Shown in pieces: positions 56,661 to 64,000 of a stretch of DNA of 64,000 bases. The notes below the pieces were generated by a model. The model saw nothing but the letters and a program-made list of their open reading frames with translations, did not search any database and was not told the origin of the DNA. Position 1 is the stretch's first letter. Each line of letters begins with the position of its first letter. Location: assembly GCA_965250285.1 (NCBI GenBank), contig OZ252299.1, positions 4,192,001-4,256,000 of the forward strand. Reading direction: 5' to 3'. This stretch comes from Myxococcota bacterium (GTDB lineage: Bacteria > Myxococcota_A > UBA9160 > UBA4427). The translations under genes and the position numbers were made by a program.

Positions 56661-58427
56661 ATGGCCGCCAGCTCGCCCACATCGCAGCTTCGCTCTCTCC
56701 TCGGGCGCCTTGCTCCGCATCTGCGCGAGAACCGCCGCCTCTATCTCGGCGGCTCGATCTTCCTCGTGCTCAGCACGGTCACCACCCTCGCCTATCCGCA
56801 GATCGCCCGCATCGTCGTCGACGAGGCGGTGCTCGGGGGTGAACTCGAGCGCCTCAATCCGCTCGCGTTCCTGATGCTCGGCATCCTCGTCGTCGAAGGT
56901 TTTGCGCTCTGGCTCTTCCTGCTGCTCTTCGGCATCGCGGCCCGCAACACCGCCGAGTCGATACGCGAGGAGCTGGTCGAGCATTTCGTCGAGCAGGAGA
57001 TCGCGTTCTTCGACAAGGAGAGTGCGAGTGATCTGATGGCGCGACTGGTGAGCGACGTCGCCGTCGTGCGCGATCTCGTCGGCAGAGCGATGCCCGAGGC
57101 CGTTCGACAGGTCTTCTTCTTGATCGGTGGCCTGGTGCTGGTGATCGAAGCCTCGCCGCTGCTGGCGGCGACGATCGGGCTCGTCTGGCCGCCGGTGTAC
57201 TTCGGCACCGCGCGGCTCAGTGAGAAGGTCCGAGGCGCGGGCAGGGAGGTCCAATCGGCCGAGAGCGACATTGCCAGCGCCGCGCTCGAGAGCCTGGAGG
57301 GGATTCGCACGGTGCGCGCCTACGGGCGCGAGCGCAGCGAGAGTCAGCGCTTCCGGCGCTTCGTGCAGGCGAAGTTTCAGAGCTCGACGCGCGGCATCAA
57401 GGCCCAGTCGATCCTCGAGGGCTTCTCGAAGGTGGCCACCGAGTCGAGTCTGATCCTCGGCCTCTGGCTCGGCGGCTGGCTGATCGCACGCGATCAGCTC
57501 ACGACCGGCGCCCTCGTCTCGTTCATCCTCTACGCCGGTCTCGTCGCTCGATCGACCAAGAACCTCTCGAACTTCTACGCGGTCGTCGCGCGGACGCACG
57601 GCACGACCGAGCGCATCTTCTCGTATCTCGACCGCGAGACGCGCATGCCGATCGAAGGTGGTGAGCGCCTCGACCCCTTGCGAGGCGAGATCAGCTTCGA
57701 GAACGTGCACTTCTACTACGGCGAGCGCGGCGACGACGAATTCCCGCACGGCCTCGAAGGCATCGACCTGAACATCGACCGGGGCGAGGAGATCGCGATC
57801 GTCGGCGCCTCGGGCTCGGGGAAGAGCACGCTGATGCGCCTCGCCGTGCGCTTCTACGACCCCGACGAGGGCGTGGTGCGACTCGACGGCCACGACATTC
57901 GCACGCTCGACCCGGGCTGGCTCCGACGCAACGTGACCTTCGTCGCCCAGGATTCGTCGCTCTTCTCGCGGACGATCGACGAGAATCTGCGCTTCGGTCG
58001 CGAAGACGCCGAGCCCGAAGAGGTCGCCGCCGCGATCGAGGCGGCCGGCGCGCGCACGCTGATCGCATCGCAGCCCGACGGGCTCGAGACGAACGTCGGC
58101 GACCACGGCTCGCGGCTCTCGGGCGGTCAGCGCCAGCGCATCGCGCTCGCGCGCGCGCTTCTCTGCGAAGCGCCGGTGCTGATTCTAGACGAGGCGACGA
58201 GCGCGCTCGATTCGGAGAGCGAGTCGCACATCAAGGAGTCGCTGCGCAAGCTGTCGTATCGCCCGACCGTGATCTGGATCGCACACCGTCTGTCGACGGT
58301 GGTCGACGTCGGCCGGGTGATCGTCGTCGATCGCGGCCGTATCGTCGCCGATGGCTCGCACTCGCAGCTGATTCAGACGTCGCCGGTCTATCGCGACCTG
58401 GTCGAGACCCAGCTCGTCAGCGAGTAG
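56661..58427 (+). CDS. ABC exporter, fused permease/ATPase (MsbA/ABCB-like)
   Basis: 6-TM domain; Walker A GASGSGKS, LSGGQ, ILDEATSALD, IAHRLST. Confidence 0.95.
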   Translation: MAASSPTSQLRSLLGRLAPHLRENRRLYLGGSIFLVLSTVTTLAYPQIARIVVDEAVLGGELERLNPLAFLMLGILVVEGFALWLFLLLFGIAARNTAESIREELVEHFVEQEIAFFDKESASDLMARLVSDVAVVRDLVGRAMPEAVRQVFFLIGGLVLVIEASPLLAATIGLVWPPVYFGTARLSEKVRGAGREVQSAESDIASAALESLEGIRTVRAYGRERSESQRFRRFVQAKFQSSTRGIKAQSILEGFSKVATESSLILGLWLGGWLIARDQLTTGALVSFILYAGLVARSTKNLSNFYAVVARTHGTTERIFSYLDRETRMPIEGGERLDPLRGEISFENVHFYYGERGDDEFPHGLEGIDLNIDRGEEIAIVGASGSGKSTLMRLAVRFYDPDEGVVRLDGHDIRTLDPGWLRRNVTFVAQDSSLFSRTIDENLRFGREDAEPEEVAAAIEAAGARTLIASQPDGLETNVGDHGSRLSGGQRQRIALARALLCEAPVLILDEATSALDSESESHIKESLRKLSYRPTVIWIAHRLSTVVDVGRVIVVDRGRIVADGSHSQLIQTSPVYRDLVETQLVSE

Positions 58428-58492
58428 CCACCCCGCTTCGCCGAGCCGGCGCGGCGCAGCGAAGCGATCGGGCGTGATATCGTCGCGGCCTC

Positions 58493-60280
58493 ATGCGATC
58501 GGCTCTGACCATCCCCCATCTCATCCTCTCGAGGCCGTCGCGGTGCGCCGCGGGCGCGCTTGCGCTGCTGCTCGCCGTCGGTCTACTCGCAGCGCCGTGC
58601 GGCTGGGCGCAGGCCGCAGACGCGAAAGACGAGCCGCTCCTCGGGCAGCTGCTGCCCGAGGACGAGAGCGAGGACGGCGAAGCATCCACGCCCAATGCGG
58701 GCCGCAAGGCGCGCAGCCTCGCCTCGATCCTGCAGTCGCAGGGCGCGCTGGCGTCGGAGCTCGCCGAGCTGCAGGCCCGGCTCGAGACCGAGGCGGCTCG
58801 GGGCCGCGAGGCCGTCATTCGCGAAGAGATCGGCGAGATCTCGGCCAAGATCGAGGCGCTCGACTACAGCTTCAGCGAGCTCGCCGCCGAGATCGACCCG
58901 AACGATTTCACCGACGACGAAGAACAGGCGCGCCTCGACCTCGGGGGCGAGATCCGCGAGCTACTGGGCCCGCTGATCGGCGAACTCAAGCGGGCGACGA
59001 GTCGCCCACGCGAGATCGATCGACTGCGCACCGAGATCGACCGCACCGAAGAGCAGCTCGAGCTGATCGCGACCGGGCTCGGCAACCTGGCCGTGCTGAC
59101 CGCGGGCGTGCAGGATCCGAGCCTGCGGGCCGCGCTCGAGCAGGAGCGCACCGACTGGGTCGCCCTGAACCTCGAGCTCGCGACCCGCTACGAGATCGAC
59201 CGCCAGCGACTCGACCAGATGCTGTCCGAGCAGACCTCGTTCGGCGAGGCGCTCGAGAGCGTCTTCCAGCTCTTCTTCAAGAGCCGCGGTCGCAACCTGA
59301 TCCTCGCGCTCGGCGCGACGATCCTCTTCATGCTGCTGCTGCGCCGACTGCAGGCGCAGGCGCTGCAGACGAGCGCCATGCAGCGCCGCGGCGACTCGCT
59401 GCTGCCCCGCATCCTGAACTTGCTCTTCGTGGTGTTCATGGGCATCGGCGGGGTGCTCGTCTTTCTCCTCGTCCTGTACTTCTTCGGCGACTGGGTGCTG
59501 CTCGTGCTGGTGCTGCTGGTCGTCTTCGGCGCACTGTGGGCGTCGAAGCAGGCGATCCCTCGCTTCTGGACCCAGGCGACGCTGCTGCTGAACCTCGGCC
59601 CGGTGCGTGAGGGCGAGCGCATCCAGATCGACGGACTGCCGTGGCGGATCGAGCAGCTCAACTTCTACACCGACCTCGTCAACGATCGTCTGACGGGGGG
59701 CAAGCTGCGGCTGCCGATCGGCGATCTGACCGACGCGCGGTCGCGCGAGTGGGACGAGGCTGAACCCTGGTTTCCGTGCGAAGAGGGCGACTGGGTCGTG
59801 CTCTCCGACGACACGTTCGGCCAGATCGACGTGCAGACACCCGAGCAGGTGGTGCTACGCCTGATGGGCGGGGCGGTTCGGACGCTCCCGACCGCGACGT
59901 TCCTCGAGGCCCGGCCCACGAACCTCTCGCAGGGGTTCACGGCCAAGAAGGTCTTCGGCCTCGACTATGCCCACATCGGCATCGTCACCGAAGAGATCCC
60001 TCGACTGCTCCAGACGTTCGTCCGGGACGGACTTCAGCAGACGCCCGTCGCCGAGTGGGTCGAAGACGTCGAGGTCTTCTTCGACGACGCCGCTGCCTCG
60101 TCGGTCAACGTACGCGTCATCGCGACGATCGCGGGGGGAGGCGCTTCGTTCTACAAGATCGTGCCGCGCATGATCGCCAAGCTCTGCGTCGACGCCTGCA
60201 ACGCCTACGGCTGGCAGATCCCGTTCGCGCAGCTCACGGTGCATCGGGCCGACCTGCCCACCGACGGCGGCGACGCCTGA
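58493..60280 (+). CDS. MscS-like mechanosensitive channel with helical periplasmic N-terminal domain
   Basis: Signal peptide, coiled coil, TM helices, GPVREGERI, FGLDY, FDDAAASSVN, WQIPFAQLTVH. Confidence 0.75.
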   Translation: MRSALTIPHLILSRPSRCAAGALALLLAVGLLAAPCGWAQAADAKDEPLLGQLLPEDESEDGEASTPNAGRKARSLASILQSQGALASELAELQARLETEAARGREAVIREEIGEISAKIEALDYSFSELAAEIDPNDFTDDEEQARLDLGGEIRELLGPLIGELKRATSRPREIDRLRTEIDRTEEQLELIATGLGNLAVLTAGVQDPSLRAALEQERTDWVALNLELATRYEIDRQRLDQMLSEQTSFGEALESVFQLFFKSRGRNLILALGATILFMLLLRRLQAQALQTSAMQRRGDSLLPRILNLLFVVFMGIGGVLVFLLVLYFFGDWVLLVLVLLVVFGALWASKQAIPRFWTQATLLLNLGPVREGERIQIDGLPWRIEQLNFYTDLVNDRLTGGKLRLPIGDLTDARSREWDEAEPWFPCEEGDWVVLSDDTFGQIDVQTPEQVVLRLMGGAVRTLPTATFLEARPTNLSQGFTAKKVFGLDYAHIGIVTEEIPRLLQTFVRDGLQQTPVAEWVEDVEVFFDDAAASSVNVRVIATIAGGGASFYKIVPRMIAKLCVDACNAYGWQIPFAQLTVHRADLPTDGGDA

Positions 60281-60312
60281 CTCCGACGTCGAACCCGAGC
60301 CCCGAAAAGAGA

Positions 60313-60346
60313 AAGGGCGGGTGGAGCCTCGGCTCCACCCGCCCTT
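60313..60346. terminator. Bidirectional intrinsic terminator
   Basis: AAGGGCGGGTGGAGCC-tc-GGCTCCACCCGCCCTT between convergent genes; A-rich run on the left, T-rich run on the right. Confidence 0.8.
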
Positions 60347-60370
60347 CGCTTTGTCGTCTTGCCGACGGGC

Positions 60371-60883
60371 CTAGAGGATCTGGGCCAGCTCCGGCGACAC
60401 GTGCCGGGCAGCGGTGTCCATCAGGATGTTGCCCTGCTCGTCCTGGAAGAAGATGCCGTGCTCGTCCTTCGAGATGATGAGCGTCCGCGTTGTGCCCTCG
60501 GGCGAGGTCAGAACGGCGGTGATGGTGTCATCGAGCTCGTGAGTCATCGTGACCTGGGTGCCGTCTTCGGTCGTGAACGACTTCGTGCTGCCGACGTCGT
60601 CCTGCGCGGCGCCCGGCGTCACGGCCGGCTGACCACTGACCGGATTCTCGCCGGTCCAGAACTCCATCGAGTTCACGACCAGCATGTCACCCATGCCCGC
60701 GAAGGGATAGACCGGGATGATGTAGAGGCCGAGGAAGAGGAACCAACGCTCCCAACGGCCGTCGACGGTCTCGAGGTTCCACTCGCGCACCTTGCCCGTG
60801 AGGGCAAATTTGCCGATGCAGGCGGTGCTGAACGAGGCAATCAGTGCGAGCGCCATGGTCAGGGCGACGAGTCTCTTCTTCAT
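60371..60883 (-). CDS. DUF3332-family lipoprotein
   Basis: ATG 60883 with AGGAG; lipobox STAC; CIGKFALT, IIPVY, DMLVVNSMEFWTGENP. Confidence 0.8.
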   Translation of the reverse strand: MKKRLVALTMALALIASFSTACIGKFALTGKVREWNLETVDGRWERWFLFLGLYIIPVYPFAGMGDMLVVNSMEFWTGENPVSGQPAVTPGAAQDDVGSTKSFTTEDGTQVTMTHELDDTITAVLTSPEGTTRTLIISKDEHGIFFQDEQGNILMDTAARHVSPELAQIL

Positions 60884-61163
60884 CTGAATCACTGCTCCTG
60901 TCGAGCGCGCCGGCGTGCGGCGCCTCCTTCCCCCTGCCATCGCGCCGGTCGACGGGCTTGCCCCGCACCCGATCACGCGCTGGCCCGCCCGACACGACCC
61001 CCGCGGCCATGTGGGTGATTCGGGATCAGCCAAATCGTACGCGTCGGACCATACACGCTGGCGCATGGCCGTGCATCGGGCAGATTTCCCCACGACTCGC
61101 GATATTCGATCTTCGGTCGAGATGCCCGTTCGCACGGGCGCCGGGTGGGCCGTGCTTCGGCGC

Positions 61164-62432
61164 TCAGCCCCGCGACTGCGCCTGCTCGAAGCGCGCGCGC
61201 TGGAACGTGATGCAGGTCGAGTCGGCGGGGATCTCGTCGAGCTCGGTCGAGACCAGCTCGGGCGTGATGCCGAGGGCGTTCGCTGCCGGCCTCAGCTTTT
61301 CTAGATCGAATCCGTACAGATTCGCCGCGTTCTCCCCCAGCATCATGCGCACCTCGTGCTCGGTCACGTCCGAGAATGCGAAGCGCATGTTCTCGCGCGA
61401 GTAGGGGTAGCAGCCTTCGTAGTGCGGGTAGTCGTTGCCCCAGAGGATCCGATCGAGCCCGACCGTGTCGCGGCCCTTGATGTCGCGGGGGCCTGGGAAG
61501 CTCGCGCCGTACCAGCAGTTTCGCTTCGCGTAGAAGCTCGGCGGCTCCTTGAGCGCGGGATCCTTGCTGGTGTCGATCTCGCCGATCGCGCCGGCCTTCC
61601 ACGCCATGTACATGGCGTCCATCTGACGCATCAAGCCCGGCGCCCAGGCCGAGCCCGACTCGGTCAGGATGAACCGCAGGTTCGGGAAGCGTTCGAAGAC
61701 GCCCCCCATGATCAGCGTCGTGTACCCGCGCTGAACATAGAAGGGCATCTCCATGGCCCAGAGCGCCTTCGAGCCCTGGTGCTCGCCGTACTCGGGCGAG
61801 CCCTGGCCCGAGTGCTGATTCATGACCAGCGCGTGATCCTGGATCACGGCCCAGAGTCGATCGTAGTCGGGGTGGTTGAGCGGCTTGAGCCAGTGTTCGC
61901 TCGGCGACGGCAGGGGCAGCAGCACCCCCCCGCGCAGCCCGTGCTCAGCGATCCACTGCACGTCTTCGATCGCGTCGTCGATGTCGTTCAGGTGAATCAG
62001 GCCGATGCCCGCCCGCCGATCGGGCTGCTCGGCGCAAAACTCGGCGAGCCAGCGGTTGTGTGCGCGGGTGCCCGCCAGGGCATGCTCGTACTCGTCGGGT
62101 CGAGGCGGCGGCGAGACGTGGAAGGCGCTCTTGTAGAAGGGCGGGACCGTGTTCGGGTAGATGACCTCGCCGACGACGCCGTCGCTCTCGAGGTCGTTCA
62201 TGCGGAGATCCGAATCCCAGTTCTTCAGCTTCTTCGAGCCGACATGCTTCTTCGCCGGGTTCTTGTAGCCGCCGCGCCAGGCGTCGAAGTCATCGCGATA
62301 CTTTGGGTCGAGGTAGTCGCGGTAGCTGTCGATCGATGCGCCCGCGTGCGTGTCGGCGGTGATGCAGACGTAGGGTGCGTTCTCACCGGTCGGCGTGGGC
62401 GTCGTCGAATGCGGGGTCGGGGCGGCGGACAC
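61164..62432 (-). CDS. Amidohydrolase family protein (Amidohydro_2)
   Basis: ITADTH, GVVGEVIYP, AHNRWLAEFC, GVFERFP, WGNDYPHYEG. Confidence 0.9.
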   Translation of the reverse strand: MSAAPTPHSTTPTPTGENAPYVCITADTHAGASIDSYRDYLDPKYRDDFDAWRGGYKNPAKKHVGSKKLKNWDSDLRMNDLESDGVVGEVIYPNTVPPFYKSAFHVSPPPRPDEYEHALAGTRAHNRWLAEFCAEQPDRRAGIGLIHLNDIDDAIEDVQWIAEHGLRGGVLLPLPSPSEHWLKPLNHPDYDRLWAVIQDHALVMNQHSGQGSPEYGEHQGSKALWAMEMPFYVQRGYTTLIMGGVFERFPNLRFILTESGSAWAPGLMRQMDAMYMAWKAGAIGEIDTSKDPALKEPPSFYAKRNCWYGASFPGPRDIKGRDTVGLDRILWGNDYPHYEGCYPYSRENMRFAFSDVTEHEVRMMLGENAANLYGFDLEKLRPAANALGITPELVSTELDEIPADSTCITFQRARFEQAQSRG

Positions 62433-62596
62433 GGTGGCTCTCCTGCTCGGTGGGCGCGATCCGGTCGAGATTCTACCCCGACGATCCGGCGGCCGGGCAG
62501 CCGCGCCCCGGCGTGCCGTACGACTTCGAGAGAAGTCTTCGCCATACAGTCGACGTCACCGAGGTGCGTGTCGCCGAGACGGCCATCTCGCGCCGT

Positions 62597-63499
62597 TCAG
62601 CGCCCGAACCCGGCCGCGTTCAGCGCACGCACCAGCCCCTCGGGAGTGTCGGGCGAGCCCATCAGCAGCGCCGGCGTGCAGATCGTCGCGACGCTCTCGC
62701 GCTCGCCATCGCTCACCTTGAGGGTTCGCGGCAGGTAGACATCCGTGTCACCGGCGAGGATCGAGAAGAGGCGCTCGTCCTCGACGTCGAGCAGACCGAG
62801 ATCGTCATTGGCCTGCACCGCCTTCAACATCACGTGCTTCGCGTTCTTCGGATCGGTGATCCAGGCGACGGCGTCGAGTCCGCCGTTCGCGAGCTTCACG
62901 AGCGCGGCTTCGCCGTCGGTGTAGTCGACCCCGGCGTTCGACTGTTCGGGCAGCACGCTCGCCAAGTGGATCCAGGTCTCGGCCATGCCGCCCTCCTCGG
63001 GACCGACGCCGACGAGCGCCTCGCGATCCCCGACGTTGCGCGCGAGATCGTCGAACGAGTCGATCGGCGACCCCTCGAGGTACGCGACGAAAACGCACTC
63101 CTCGGCGAGCAGCGCGATGATGTCGAGGGGCGCGAAGACCGTCGGCTCTTCGGCGATGCGACTCGCGAACACGTCGCCCTGCGCCAGTGCGAGCTCGACC
63201 TCTCCTTCGGAGAGCAGATCGAGGTTCTCGGTCGAGCCGGCCGTGGGGCGGGACGTGATCTTCCACGACACCACGCGGGCATCGATCTCTTCGCCATAGC
63301 GTTCATAGCTGCCACCGGCGACGCCGCTCGCGATCGTCACCTCGCTGATCACCGTCTCGCTCTCGGTCGGCTCCGCAACGGCTGCCTCGGGCGGCGGGGC
63401 TGCCTCGGGCGGCGGCGTGGTCGGCTGATCTCCACACGCGACGAAACCGAGAACGAACACACAGATGAGAACGATCGGGCGGCGAAGAACGAAGGGCAT
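62597..63499 (-). CDS. TAXI-like TRAP solute-binding lipoprotein, paralog of 34685..35581
   Basis: ATG 63499; lipobox FVAC; ASGVAGGSY, TAGSTEN, LALAQGD. Confidence 0.72.
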   Translation of the reverse strand: MPFVLRRPIVLICVFVLGFVACGDQPTTPPPEAAPPPEAAVAEPTESETVISEVTIASGVAGGSYERYGEEIDARVVSWKITSRPTAGSTENLDLLSEGEVELALAQGDVFASRIAEEPTVFAPLDIIALLAEECVFVAYLEGSPIDSFDDLARNVGDREALVGVGPEEGGMAETWIHLASVLPEQSNAGVDYTDGEAALVKLANGGLDAVAWITDPKNAKHVMLKAVQANDDLGLLDVEDERLFSILAGDTDVYLPRTLKVSDGERESVATICTPALLMGSPDTPEGLVRALNAAGFGR

Positions 63500-63686
63500 G
63501 CGAAACCTCGTCTGGATGGAGCGCAGCGCTCGAAGGGGCGCCGCGCTCGATTGAACACGGCACTCGATGGGGGCTGCGCTCGGTCGCACGCGGCGCTCGC
63601 CCACCGAGTCCGCGCGGTATGTCGCTGCTCGGTTCGGTCGCTCGATGCTAGCTTGTGTCCCCGGGGCCCGGGGTGACCCCGTCGGC

Positions 63687-63980
63687 ATGCTCGAGCCATC
63701 GACTGACCGACCGCCTGCACGCGCCCTCGATGTACCCGACCCACGAGCCCAACCGTTGCCGACGCACCCCACCCAACAGGCCGAAGAGGCGATCCGACGC
63801 ATCGCGGCCGACGCGCGCGTCCCTCTGCCGCCGGCGCGGCCGGTGCCGGGCGAGTGCTGCGATCGCGGCTGCGATCCGTGTGTCTGGGACTACTGGCGGC
63901 GGGGCCTCGAGCGCTGGGCCGATCGCCATGGGTTGACGGACCAGGTCGCGCGGGTGCTCGCACAGGACGCCGAGCGCTGA
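63687..63980 (+). CDS. Small oxidoreductase-like domain protein (start uncertain)
   Basis: PPARPVPGECCDRGCDPCVWDYW matches the CCxxGCxxCVxDxY motif. Confidence 0.75.
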   Translation: MLEPSTDRPPARALDVPDPRAQPLPTHPTQQAEEAIRRIAADARVPLPPARPVPGECCDRGCDPCVWDYWRRGLERWADRHGLTDQVARVLAQDAER

Positions 63981-64000
63981 GACCGGACGCTCAACCGCGC

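Noticed and set aside
63382..63417. 18-bp tandem duplication
   Set aside because: It is an in-frame PPPEAA x2 lipoprotein linker, an ordinary low-complexity feature.

Overview
High-GC bacterial chromosomal segment with about 56 protein-coding genes. I found no rRNA, tRNA, transposase, integrase, phage gene or CRISPR-cas locus. Gene content (PEP-CTERM-type surface proteins, outer-membrane barrels, P450s, thiolases, PhyH dioxygenases, TAXI-like binding proteins) suggests a diderm heterotroph, plausibly Myxococcota-like; this is inference only. Main points of interest: (1) a translationally coupled TTQ amine dehydrogenase operon (mauB-E-D-A plus a monoheme cytochrome c) whose small subunit looks aromatic-amine-dehydrogenase-like and which has no mauG, mauF or amicyanin in the window; (2) a 1067-aa surface protein fusing a YVTN beta-propeller, a diheme bCCP/MauG-superfamily domain, Ca-binding TSP3 repeats and a C-terminal sorting signal; (3) a 650-bp non-coding region upstream of the membrane pyrophosphatase hppA holding a multi-stem structured segment and five ~40-bp repeats, whose 8-bp hairpin is preserved by G-U-compatible changes on the hppA-sense strand; (4) three tandem arrays that duplicate a gene's last codons and stop codon; (5) a recurring TAnnnT-N6/7-ATG pattern indicating many leaderless transcripts. 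Product calls come from recognised motifs, not database searches. Several starts were moved from the ORF track using RBS, -10 or gene-overlap evidence.
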